A stretch of DNA of 64,000 nt from Blastocatellia bacterium (GTDB lineage Bacteria > Acidobacteriota > Blastocatellia > UBA7656): NCBI GenBank assembly GCA_963765495.1, contig CAVXWP010000016.1:339216-403215 (forward strand), written 5' to 3'. Position numbers and translations under genes: made by a program. The notes under the pieces are model-generated. The model had not been told where the DNA came from. It saw only the letters and a program-made list of their open reading frames with translations, and ran no database searches. Positions 19,194 through 29,796 of this stretch are shown here, piece after piece. Position 1 is the first letter of the stretch; the number at the start of each line of letters is the position of its first letter.

Positions 19194-20144
19194 TCATATA
19201 AATAACTTGCTGACCGAAGTCTCGTCGTGTATCGAGCTAATGGCATCGCCCAGAATTCCCGCCACACTCAAACACCTCACCTTGGCCGAGCGACATGAAT
19301 TCTCGGACGGTATCGTATTGGTCACGACCACCTCCTGAATCGGCGAGGCCTCTATTCGCTCGACTGCCGGGCCGCTAAAGACCGCGTGCGTGGCCGAGGC
19401 ATAAACGGTCTCCGCGCCGTTGCGCTTGAGCGCCTCGCCTGCCTTTACCAGTGTCCCGGCCGTGTCAATCATATCGTCAATTATGAGCGCCGTGCGCCCT
19501 TCAACATCTCCTACTACGTGCAGCACCTCAACTTCGCCAAGCCGGTCATAATCGCGTCGTTTATCAATGATCGCAAGCTCTGCGTCAAGCCGTTTGGCGT
19601 AAGCGCGAGCGCGTTCGACGCCTCCCGCGTCGGGTGCGACCACGGTCAGATTTGGCAATTGCAGGCTCTGAAAATATCCTACCAGCACGGGCGCGGCAAA
19701 CAGATGGTCGGCCGGTATATCAAAGAATCCCTGTATCTGCCCGGCGTGCAGATCGAACAGAAGCACGCGATCGGCTCCCGCGTGCGAGATCAGGTTCGCA
19801 ACGAGCTTGGCCGTTATCGGCACTCTCGGTTTGTCTTTGCGATCCTTGCGCGCATACCCATAGTAAGGTATTACCGCCGTTATGCGCTTGGCCGACGAGC
19901 GCCGGAATGCATCGAGCATGATGAGAAGTTCCATCAGGTTCGTGTCGACCGGCGGACAGGTGGGTTGCACCAGAAAACAATCCTTGCCGCGCACGTTCTC
20001 CAGTATCTGAAAGTTGAATTCGCCGTCGGAGAACTTTGAAACATTGGCCTTGCCTACTTCGATCCTCAGATGCTGGCAGATCTCTTCAGCGAGCACTCGA
20101 TTAGCGTTTCCTGAAAAGACCCTTAGATTCACGTTGCCCTCCAA
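19194..20144 (-). CDS. prs: Ribose-phosphate pyrophosphokinase
   Basis: FSDGE, PYYGYARKDRK, DLHAGQIQGFF, IDDMIDTAGT. Confidence 0.98.
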   Translation of the reverse strand: MEGNVNLRVFSGNANRVLAEEICQHLRIEVGKANVSKFSDGEFNFQILENVRGKDCFLVQPTCPPVDTNLMELLIMLDAFRRSSAKRITAVIPYYGYARKDRKDKPRVPITAKLVANLISHAGADRVLLFDLHAGQIQGFFDIPADHLFAAPVLVGYFQSLQLPNLTVVAPDAGGVERARAYAKRLDAELAIIDKRRDYDRLGEVEVLHVVGDVEGRTALIIDDMIDTAGTLVKAGEALKRNGAETVYASATHAVFSGPAVERIEASPIQEVVVTNTIPSENSCRSAKVRCLSVAGILGDAISSIHDETSVSKLFI

Positions 20145-20193
20145 AAGTTATAAACAACACGTGACAAGCGATTTCTTGCCCTGTCATTTTTAC

Positions 20194-20268
<75 letters not shown>

Positions 20269-20435
20269 GCATACGGACCTGCGGCGCAGCGAAATGCCCT
20301 TAAGGTCAGTCCGCTCCACGCCGCGCTTTCGATTTAGTTTGATTATACTTGATCGAAACTGGTAATTCACCCAAATGTAGGTGAGGTTGGTTCTCACATC
20401 CGGCACTCGGGGTGCGCCTCCCTGCCGACAGCCCC

Positions 20436-21323
20436 TTAACCAAAGAGAGTTTCCAGATACTGTCGCCGGTCAACGGTTCGCACACGCTCGGCCCAGACGC
20501 CGCTTGCGCGCATTTCTGATAGCGCTCGCTCGCTCGCTTCCAGGTTGTCAAAGACCCCATAAACAGTTGCGCCGCTGCCGGACATCAGTGCGTGTTTCGC
20601 GCCCAGTCTCAGGAGCCTGCGCTTGACTTCCGCTATTTCCGGGTTCGCATCCAGGATGACCATTTCCAGGTCGTTGCTCGCCACAAGCGGTAGCCCACAG
20701 ATGCCTTTAGCGGCCAGTAGAGTAAAGGGTATGATACGGGGAGCCTCTGCCCTTGTCAACCGTGAAAGTTTTCCGTATGCGGCCCCTGTAGAGACCTCTG
20801 ATCCGGGGTTTGCCAGCAGCAAATATTCCCAACAAACCTCTTCCAAGGGGTAGACCTCTTCGCCGCGCCCGATTCCGAGCGCCGTCCCTCCCGTGAGAAA
20901 GAAAGGAACATCCGACCCGAGGCTCGCCGCGATTTGAATAAGCTCCCGGTCGCCCGGTTCGATTTGCCACAAACGCGCAAGCCCGAGAAGCGTGATTGCG
21001 GCATTCGACGACCCGCCGCCAAGCCCACCCGATACCGGTATGCGTTTATCAATCTCGATACGCACGCCCGTCTTTTTCCCCGTAATCTCGCGCAACATCT
21101 CTGCCGCTTTATAAGCAAGATTGGTTTCATCGGTCGGCACTCTCGGATCATCGCAGACGATCTCAATCCGCGCCCCGGTTTCGCTTATACGAAGTTGATC
21201 GTAGAGAGAGACGGTTTGATATATTGTGCGAAGCTCGTGAAAGCCGTCCTCCCGGCGAAACAATACATCGAGAGTCCAGTTGATCTTTGCGTAGGATTTG
21301 ACGCGAATTGAAGGAGCCATCAA
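20436..21323 (-). CDS. ispE: 4-diphosphocytidyl-2-C-methyl-D-erythritol kinase
   Basis: AKINWTL, KRIPVSGGLGGGSSNAA, LGSDVPFF, MSGSG. Confidence 0.97.
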   Translation of the reverse strand: MMAPSIRVKSYAKINWTLDVLFRREDGFHELRTIYQTVSLYDQLRISETGARIEIVCDDPRVPTDETNLAYKAAEMLREITGKKTGVRIEIDKRIPVSGGLGGGSSNAAITLLGLARLWQIEPGDRELIQIAASLGSDVPFFLTGGTALGIGRGEEVYPLEEVCWEYLLLANPGSEVSTGAAYGKLSRLTRAEAPRIIPFTLLAAKGICGLPLVASNDLEMVILDANPEIAEVKRRLLRLGAKHALMSGSGATVYGVFDNLEASERALSEMRASGVWAERVRTVDRRQYLETLFG

Positions 21324-21411
21324 AACAGCCGCGCGACTTTGATTATCATGATTTTGATTATCATGATTTCGATCCGTGATATTTTCCTGCGCCGCATCGA
21401 GAGAGAAATTC

Positions 21412-22020
21412 TCATCTGGTCAGGAAAATCTCTGTGAAATAGACCGTGCCGTTTTCGTTTATCCACGCGCCGATGGCCGTCTGCCGGAAATCTCTATCGA
21501 GTATATTTCGCCGATGGCCGGGGCTGTCCATCCAGCCCATAACGCTCGCGGCCACGGGGTTGACGTAGCCTCTTGAATAAGAAAGATTCTCTCCAAGCAT
21601 GCGCCATTTTATTCCAGCCTGAGAGACTCGCTGGCGCACGGTACGGCCGTCCGGGTCATCGTGAGAAAAGAATTTCTCATCCGCCATCCTCTGGCTATAA
21701 GCCCGCGCCACAGGCAGGAGAGATTCCGAAAACTCCAGAGGCCGAAGCCCTTGCTTGACGCGCAGTTGATTTATCTCTTCAAGACACTGTTGTTCAAGTG
21801 ATTCGATTTCATGCAGAAAGCCGGGCGAAGCAAGCGGCTTCAAGTCCTCAGGCGACGAGCCTCTGAGTTCAGGCGAGCGGTCTTCGTGAGGCTGATGCCG
21901 CGCCACCCGCCCCCGCCCCGTGAATACGCCGTCGTCTTGCTGTGAATATGCCTTGCCCGCAGGGATGATCGTTAACAGTAATGCCGGAACCAGGAGAGAA
22001 AAACTGATGACTTTCCTCAT
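21412..22020 (-). CDS. Secreted CAP/SCP domain protein
   Basis: Signal peptide from MRKVISFSLL; INQLR, FFSH, GENL, WMDSPGHRRNIL. Confidence 0.9.
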   Translation of the reverse strand: MRKVISFSLLVPALLLTIIPAGKAYSQQDDGVFTGRGRVARHQPHEDRSPELRGSSPEDLKPLASPGFLHEIESLEQQCLEEINQLRVKQGLRPLEFSESLLPVARAYSQRMADEKFFSHDDPDGRTVRQRVSQAGIKWRMLGENLSYSRGYVNPVAASVMGWMDSPGHRRNILDRDFRQTAIGAWINENGTVYFTEIFLTR

Positions 22021-22252
22021 ACCTACCCTCGTGATCCTTGTCGAAAAATATAACCTGACAGAAGCGATTCGTCTTCGAGCACTGCCGCAGATAAAGTACA
22101 ACGGATTCCCAGTAGCAACAAGAGGAACCTCTCAAATCTGAGATTTGAATCAGAAATTTGAGACCGGTAAAAATGAAAGAGCCTGTTTTTCAGGGTGCTC
22201 GGGAGCGAAGGCGAAGTCATAACCTCGCCTCCGCTCTTTATCGTCGTGCTCG

Positions 22253-24361
22253 CTATTTCTTGTTCAGCTTCTCTTTGATCTGCTGAATCTCTTCCGGCTC
22301 GGTGGCCAGCTTCAGCGCCTCTTCCCACTGAGCGCGCGCCTTATCCATCTTTCCCTGCTTCTTGTAGAGGTCGCCAAGATGATCGTTGATCGTAGGCGAG
22401 CGAGGCGAATAGATAATCGCCTGTTCGAGGTATTTCTCGGCCTCGTCGGTCTTCCCTTCCTTGAACAAAAGCCAGCCGAGCGAATCCAGATAAGAGCCGT
22501 TGGTCGGCTCTATGTTGACCGCGCGCCGTATGAAGTCTTCAGCTTCCTTCATGCGCTCGCCTCGCTCGGTCAGGAAATAGCCGAGGTTATTTAGAACGGT
22601 CGCGTTCTCAGGGTCTATTTCGAGCGCCTTCTTTAAGGTCGCCTCGGATTCTTTGAATTTCTTTTGCCGATCCTGGACTATCGAAAGCGTGATCAGAGGC
22701 CGAATGTCGTTAGGCTCGATCTCCATCGCCTTTCGCACATACTCTTCGGCCTGCTTGAGTTGATTGGCCTCAAGCTGCATGCTCGACCAGAAAAGATAGA
22801 TGTCGGCGTCTTCCCTGCCGCCCTTGAGTTGAGATTTCAGAATTTCATCCGATGTCTTTGTATCGCCCAGCCGCACTGCCGCCTGCGCCTTGTACTGGTT
22901 GAACGAAGATTCGTCGGGGAACCGCTTGGCGGATTCCGACGCGTGTTCGAGGGCCTCTTTATTTTTGCCCTCGTTCAACAGCGAATCTATGATGAGTTGA
23001 TCGGCGCGGGGATTATCGGGGCCGAGTACCTTCTTCATCCTCCCGAAGGTCGCCATCTCCTTATCGCGATTTCCCGCCAGGCGATAGGCTAATCCTATGC
23101 GCTGGAGCATCAAAGCCGCGTTTTGTTTATCCTGCTGATTGTCGCTCACTGTCCCGTCGGGGTTCACGATCGTCGAGAGCGCTTCTTCGTAAGTATCCAC
23201 GGCCTTATCGAATTTGTGCATCTCTTCATAGGTCTCGGCCAGCGAATAGAGTACGGGGAGACTTTCGGATACATCCTGCCCCTTGAGCGCTTCCTGAAGA
23301 GTCTGGACGGCATCTTCCCGCTTCCCGGACCGGCGCTGCGCATCGGCCACGATTCTAATCGCGTTCAAATAAAAGGGCGTGTCCTTCTTGACGATCTTCA
23401 GCACGGGTTCGAGCAGCTTTGTAGCTTCATCATAATGGCCCGCGAATACGAGCGCTTCGGCGTAATCGCCAAGCAAAGGCGAAGTTATGAGCCCGGCTTT
23501 GATCGTCCCGCTGCTTTCGTCGTCATCATCGTCCTTATCGTTAGGGTCGGCCTTATTATCCTTGTCATCTTTTTTGACCGTGGCCGAGGCGTCTTTTATT
23601 CCCAGAGCTTTCTTATAAATGTCCAGAGCCTCTTGCGTGCGTCCGAGCCTCAGCAAGGTCTTTGCAAGCAAACCGGCATACTGTGGCGCGTCGGGTTTTA
23701 TATCGTAAGCCTTGCGCGCGGCGCCTTCGGCCTCGCGCAGCTTGTTCTTTTGATAGTAGAGCATAGCAAGGCGAAATTGAGCGTTGTCGGCCGAGGTGTC
23801 GGTTTCGGCTACGCGCTTGAGCGCGTCGAGCGCTTTGTCTTCTTCGCCGAGCGAGTCATATAGTTCGCCGATGATCGAAAAAACCGGCACATCCTGATCG
23901 CCGATGGGAATCTTTGCCGAAGCATTCAGCTTGCCGACCTCTTCGAGTTCCTTTAACGCCTGCCGCGCCTTGTCCTTGTCGAGCGACGTGCCGACAAACG
24001 ACTGAGCGAGGTAGACTCGCGCTACAAGCTTGCGCACATCGATGTTTCCGGGCGCGATCTTTATAGCCTCGCGAGCCTGCGCTTCGGCATCAATCAGGTT
24101 TCTGTTATTGAGGTAAAGTGAAGCAAAGGCGACTCGGAGTTCCGCCGAACTGGGGTCCAGTTTGATAGCCTCTTTGTATGCCTCGACAGCACCGGGGTAG
24201 TTGCCCGATTTTTCCAGGCTCTGCGCCTCCAGGTATTTCTTCAGGGCCTGCGCGCGGTCATCCGTACCCTGTTGCGGTTTGGCCTCCTGGGCCATCGCCT
24301 GCACGATCAGTGACAACGCGAGAATTATTATCCCGCTCACCGTGAATATGTTTCTTTTCAA
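22253..24361 (-). CDS. Secreted multi-TPR protein
   Basis: Signal peptide; many TPR repeats; C-terminal LNNLGY..YLDSLGW..DHLGDLY. Confidence 0.88.
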   Translation of the reverse strand: MKRNIFTVSGIIILALSLIVQAMAQEAKPQQGTDDRAQALKKYLEAQSLEKSGNYPGAVEAYKEAIKLDPSSAELRVAFASLYLNNRNLIDAEAQAREAIKIAPGNIDVRKLVARVYLAQSFVGTSLDKDKARQALKELEEVGKLNASAKIPIGDQDVPVFSIIGELYDSLGEEDKALDALKRVAETDTSADNAQFRLAMLYYQKNKLREAEGAARKAYDIKPDAPQYAGLLAKTLLRLGRTQEALDIYKKALGIKDASATVKKDDKDNKADPNDKDDDDDESSGTIKAGLITSPLLGDYAEALVFAGHYDEATKLLEPVLKIVKKDTPFYLNAIRIVADAQRRSGKREDAVQTLQEALKGQDVSESLPVLYSLAETYEEMHKFDKAVDTYEEALSTIVNPDGTVSDNQQDKQNAALMLQRIGLAYRLAGNRDKEMATFGRMKKVLGPDNPRADQLIIDSLLNEGKNKEALEHASESAKRFPDESSFNQYKAQAAVRLGDTKTSDEILKSQLKGGREDADIYLFWSSMQLEANQLKQAEEYVRKAMEIEPNDIRPLITLSIVQDRQKKFKESEATLKKALEIDPENATVLNNLGYFLTERGERMKEAEDFIRRAVNIEPTNGSYLDSLGWLLFKEGKTDEAEKYLEQAIIYSPRSPTINDHLGDLYKKQGKMDKARAQWEEALKLATEPEEIQQIKEKLNKK

Positions 24362-24445
24362 GATACTACTTCCTTTCTGTTCTGACAGATCAAACCGGGA
24401 AAACGCCTTTCGGGGGCGACCTGCGCTCAGACCCGGTCTTGAGGA

Positions 24446-24970
24446 TTATCCCGCGTCGGAGCCGGGCGTAATCTGAGCTATATAATTAACGGTCTGCTCC
24501 CAGGCCGCGCGGCGCGGGTAAGTTGACAGCGCCACCATCAATCCTATGAGAGAGCAAATAACCACGTCGTTGCGTGCGCCGCCGAAGATGGCCATCAACA
24601 GGGAAATTATCCCGATGGCTTCGGCAATCGCACCCGATATTATAGTGGTATTGACCAGATGCCTGATAACACCCGCAACTCCCTGGACTCCGGCTATTGT
24701 CTGCAACCTGACAAATCGCAACTGCGCGCGCCGAAAGGCTATCGAGCCGAGTGATAAAAAGAGCGCCGCCACGTAAAAGGGTATTCTCAGTTGAAGAGTC
24801 CCTTCGGCCTCGGCGGGCCGGACCGCCCCCAGAAGGAAAAGCCCGACCACGAGATAAATAGCTATGCTGAAGGCTATGGCCAGAACGATCGTCTGAGCCG
24901 AGCGATGGGCCGCAGCCACCTTTGCTCCGAGCGTCGAGCCTGTACCAGCAGTCTGCGAATTGGGTATCAA
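24446..24970 (-). CDS. Hypothetical four-TM membrane protein
   Basis: Four hydrophobic segments; ATGA overlap with the upstream gene. Confidence 0.7.
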   Translation of the reverse strand: MIPNSQTAGTGSTLGAKVAAAHRSAQTIVLAIAFSIAIYLVVGLFLLGAVRPAEAEGTLQLRIPFYVAALFLSLGSIAFRRAQLRFVRLQTIAGVQGVAGVIRHLVNTTIISGAIAEAIGIISLLMAIFGGARNDVVICSLIGLMVALSTYPRRAAWEQTVNYIAQITPGSDAG

Positions 24971-25572
24971 TCCGATGCTCCCCTCATTCGCCCGTTTTCG
25001 ATCACAATATCATCGCTCGTATCGGGCTTGCCGTCCGGCCCCATACTCGCCAGCCTGTAGCCGGCAGCCGTGCCGTTGTATTGAAATTCGTTTGACCAGG
25101 CATCGAGTCGCACGACGCGATTCAGGTAATTCGGAGAGAGAAAATCTACCAGCCCCGAACCATCATCTGCCGTAACGTAAAAGCCACGTTCGCGGCGAAA
25201 GGCTTCAAGCGCCGTGGCAAGCTCGTTTAATTGGGCCTCGGTCCTGAGTATCTTCTCTTTTCGCACTGCCGTCTGTATCAACTCTACGGATTCCCAGTTG
25301 CGGTCGCCCGTGCGGACATCGGCTACCACCCAATCGCCGCTCTTTTCCTTCTTGAAGCGAAATGCGGTGGTAAATTGCGCCACTACTATGGCCTCATCTC
25401 CGGGGCCTGCGCTTATATTTTTTATGTGGATCTGGTCGGCCTTGTCTATTCCCAGTGCCTGAGCTATGCGCTCACGAGCCTCGCGCGATCCAAGCTCTCT
25501 CGCAAATACCGTGACCCAGAGAAACAAGATCGCCGCCACCATAATCACAATCGCTCGCGAAATGGATTTCAT
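24967..25572 (-). CDS. Exported protein with C-terminal GspG (type II secretion pseudopilin)-like domain
   Basis: LATALEAFRRERGFY..LDAWSNEFQY..YRLASMGPDGKPDTSDDI; no GFTLIE prepilin motif. Confidence 0.75.
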   Translation of the reverse strand: MKSISRAIVIMVAAILFLWVTVFARELGSREARERIAQALGIDKADQIHIKNISAGPGDEAIVVAQFTTAFRFKKEKSGDWVVADVRTGDRNWESVELIQTAVRKEKILRTEAQLNELATALEAFRRERGFYVTADDGSGLVDFLSPNYLNRVVRLDAWSNEFQYNGTAAGYRLASMGPDGKPDTSDDIVIENGRMRGASD

Positions 25573-25670
25573 GTATGTCCTCCGAGCCGGATACGGGAGA
25601 TATAGCTGTAAATCACAGCTTAAAAAGATAGTAACAAACGCTCGTTTGTGTTGGCAACAAGTATAAAAAC

Positions 25671-25763
25671 TGATGCGTGATGCGTGATGCGGGATTTACC
25701 CGGCTTGCAGGTTGTTTTTATCGAGCATCTTGTCTGAAAGTCACGCATCAGGCATCACGCGTC
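25671..25763. repeat. Palindromic heptamer-armed element, family A
   Basis: tgatgcgtgatgcgtgatgcg..GCTTGCAGGTTG..CTGAAAGTC-acgcatcaggcatcacgcgtc; colinear with 2205..2295. Confidence 0.85.
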
Positions 25764-25865
25764 GTTTTTCGATTCACGAATCAGTACCCCATTTTGCGCA
25801 CATTGCCGAACGCTTGCTACAATTCTGATTTACGCGTGAGCGTATAGCGAATCGAGGGAGCGCAA

Positions 25866-28800
25866 TTGGTCACAAATCATCCACCTGACAGCTTCTACGG
25901 CGAAATCTTTGGGCGACTGTTTCGAAGCGACGAGCTTGAAACAGTCGCGGGTCAGATAGCGTCAGGCATTCGTGTAATCGTCATCTCCGGGCTTGCGGGA
26001 TCGGCTCGCGCGCTTGTGCTTGCGGCGCTCGAAAAAAAACCGGCCGCCGCGTTGTATTCGTCACCAGATCGAATCGCGAAGTCGAAGAGTTTCAGCCCGA
26101 TGTCGAGTTCTTTTTCTGCGCTCTCAACGGCGTCGAAAGCTGTGATACCGAAGTGCTGACCATCCCCGCGATGGAGACCAATCCTTATGACGGCACTTCA
26201 CCACACGCCGAGGTGCTCGAACAACGTTCGCTCGCGCTCTATCGCGCTTATCGCAAAGAGGCTCGCATACTGCTGACTTCGCTCGGCGCTCTCGCCGAAA
26301 GAACCATCCCGCCAAACCTCCTGAAAGCATCGAGCATAGCCCTTCGCATAGGCGATGACATGCCGCCCGAATTGATCGTTGATCTGCTGATCGCAAGCGG
26401 GTATGTCCGCGAAGAGCCGGTTCGAGCGGTCGGAGAGTTCAGCATCCGAGGCGGCATTCTGGATGTATTTTCGCCCGCATCCGGCACGCCTTATCGAATA
26501 GAATTTTTCGGTGATACAGTCGATTCCATAAGAGCCTTCGACGCCGACACGCAACGGTCCATAGGCCGCATTGACGAGGCGCTGCTTGTGCCTATGCGCG
26601 AGATATCGGTCAGGCGCGAAGAGTTCATGGACTGGGCCGAGGCGGCGCGCACCCGGTGGGCGGATGATCGGTTCCGCCGCGATCTGCGCGCCCGCATAGC
26701 TCATGCCGAACGCGGCGAGCCGTTTCCCGGCTGGGAGTACCTGCTCCCGCTCACGCGCCCTCTCACATCGTCGGCCTTCGAATATTTGGAAGACACGCTC
26801 TTCGTCATTGACGAACCTGCCGAGATTGAAAAGAGCGCTTCGGATTTTTACAGCTATCTTTCAGACCGCTTCTCGCAGGCAGATGAAGAGGGCGGTCTTT
26901 CCCTGCCGCCCGAGAAATTATTTCTTACCGCAAATGAATTGCGCGAGCAATTCCAGTCGGCTGCCCGCATAGAGTTCCGCCTTCTCGGACGCGCCGCCGC
27001 CGCTATGGATGAGCATTTCCTGATCGAATCGCTTGCCTCGGAAGGTCCGAAAGTCCCCCCGGCCTCTTCCACCGACACCGAGGATAATCAATCCTCTGCT
27101 TCCAATTGGAACGCCGCGCTCAGCAGGAAGGCGTCTCCCAGCCTCTTTCTTTTTACTCTGCCTGAGACGACTCCCGACATCTCAATCATTTCGCAATCAC
27201 CCAGGCGCTATCACGGCAGAGTGCAGGACCTTGCACGCGATCTCAAAACGGAAGCGGGAGCAAGCAAAAGGACCACGCTATTTTTAATGCCCGGCTTTGG
27301 TCTTGCCGAACGCGTAGTCGAAATGCTTGCCGAGTATGAATTGACTGCGCAACTTCTTCCCTCGCTCAATGCGCGCAGAAGAGAAGACCGCACTGAGATT
27401 GTAAGCAATCTGGTAGTCACCTCGGGCAGGCTGACAAACGGGTTCGCGCTTCCCCCGGCTGAATTGTCGGTGCTTGTGGAAAGCGATGTTTTCGGAGATG
27501 TCGAGCCGCACGCCCGACCGCGAATGGCCCCGAAGCGAACGGCCAAGCAGCGCAAGACATCTGCCTTTTTATCCGATCTCGGCGATCTGAAGGTGGGCGA
27601 TTACGTCGTGCACATAGATCACGGCATAGGACAGTTTCAGGGTCTCAGGCAGATCACAACCGTAGGCGGGCCTACAGGAAACGTGGCCGCCGGACTTGAG
27701 CGTAACGCGGGCGGCGTGCGCGAATTCATGCTCCTGACTTTTGCCGAAGGCGCTCGCCTTTACGTTCCGGTTGAACGGCTCGATCTGGTGCAGCGATATT
27801 CGGCAGGCGAAGGAAATCGGCCTCAGCTTGATCGCCTCGGCGGCGTAGGCTGGCAAAAGACCCGCGAACGCGCGCGGCGGGCGATGCGCGATATGGCCGA
27901 AGAGTTACTGAAGCTTTATGCCGAACGCAAGCTGGTCAGCGGCCACAGCTACGGAGCGGACAATCCCTGGCAACAGGAGTTCGAAGATGCCTTCGAATAT
28001 CAGCTTACGCCCGATCAGGAAGCCGCCATCGAAGATGTGAAATCGGGTATGGAAAGCACCGAGCCGATGGACCGCCTCATCGTTGGCGATGTGGGCTATG
28101 GCAAGACAGAAGTGGCCATGAGAGCCGCTTTCAAGGCGGTGATGGAAGGCAAGCAGGTGGCCGTGCTCGCCCCCACGACAGTGCTCGTCTTTCAACACTT
28201 CAAGACCTTTCAAAATCGCTTTGCCGCCTTTCCCGTGCGTATAGAAATGCTCTCGCGGTTTCGCTCTGCGAAAGAACAGAAGGAAGTCGTAAGCGCCGTC
28301 GAAGCCGGGGCCGTAGACATTGTCATAGGCACACACAGGTTGTTGTCGAAAGACATCCGGTTCAAAGACCTCGGCCTGCTCATCGTTGACGAAGAGCAGC
28401 GATTCGGCGTGGCGCACAAGGAGCGCATAAAGCAGATGCGCAAAAAGGTTGACGTGATAGCCATGTCGGCTACACCGATTCCGCGCACGCTGAACATGTC
28501 GCTTGCGGGGCTTCGCGATATGTCGGTGATCGAAACCCCGCCGCGCGACAGACTCGCTATTCAAACTCACGTCGTGCAGTTCTCAGACACCGTAATCCGT
28601 TCGGCAATCGAGCTTGAACTCCAGCGCGGAGGACAGGTCTTTTTTGTGCATAATCGAGTAGAGACTATTCACTCGATTGCCGACTTGATCGGGCGTCTTG
28701 TTCCCGGCGCTCGCATAGGCGTGGGCCACGGGCAGATGGGCGAAAAAGAGCTTGAAGAGGTGGTATTGAAATTTATCCGTCACGAACTCGATCTTCTCGT

Positions 28801-29614
28801 CTCGACCACCATAATTGAAAACGGCATAGATATTCCGCTCGCAAACACGATCATCATAAACCGCGCAGACAAGTATGGTCTGTCGCAGCTTTATCAACTG
28901 CGCGGGCGCGTAGGCCGATCCAATCGCCGGGCATATGCCTATCTTCTCATCCCCTCCGAAGATGGATTGACCGACATCGCGCGCCGCAGGCTTGCAGCCA
29001 TTCGAGAATTTTCCGATCTTGGCGCGGGCTTTAGAATCGCGGCTCTCGATCTTGAGCTTCGCGGCGCGGGAAATCTGCTTGGCGGTCAGCAGTCGGGACA
29101 CATCGAGGCTATCGGCTTTGATCTCTACACGCAGATGCTTGAGCGCACCGTGCGCGAGTTGAAAGGCGAGCCCGTAGAGGATGAAGTCTCGGCGGCAATA
29201 AATCTAGGCGTCGATATTCGAATACCCGAAGAATATATATACGATGTCAGCCAGCGGCTCAGAACCTACAAACGAATCTCGTCGGCTCAAAGCGAAGAAG
29301 AACTCTCTGACATTCACGCCGAGATCGAAGATCGGTACGGACCTCAGACAAAGTCGGTCGAAAACCTTTTTGAGTATGCTCGGCTGCGGCGGGAAGCAAG
29401 CCGATTGAGGATTCTTTCAATAGACCGCGAAGGCGACCGATTGACTGTAAAATTCAGCGAGCAGGCAAAAATTGATCCCGATAAACTGATCTCTCTGGTA
29501 TCGTCGAGCGACGCGAGTTTTACGCCGAGCGGCGTTTTGAAAATCGGATTTAACAGCCAGGCGGATGAGGCGATTTTTGCCGAAGTAAGAGACTTGCTGA
29601 ACCGGTTGAAATGA
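25866..29614 (+). CDS. mfd: Transcription-repair coupling factor (frameshift at A8 run 26032..26039)
   Basis: GDYVVHIDHGIG, GDVGYGKTEVA, DEEQRFGV, QLRGRVGRS, TRCF domain; ORF 25866..26159 joins the main frame if one A is added. Confidence 0.95.
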
Positions 29615-29796
29615 ACCTTTGTGGTAAACACTCCAAACGTCTATTTTGGGTTGCCGCCGATAAAGTCTCTGAGATAATATCCATCCTTCGCGCAGGTAGT
29701 TTCCTTAAGGCACAAAACCGAATAACCATTCCCAGTTGAAAGGAGTGTCCCTACCTCTGTGTAGCGAGCCCCAGGTCTACTCCTCCTGCCTGATGG

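Noticed and set aside
24446-24970. AIAEAIGI segment suggesting a second ATP synthase c/K subunit
   Set aside because: No GxGxG helix or RxP loop and no ATPase gene context
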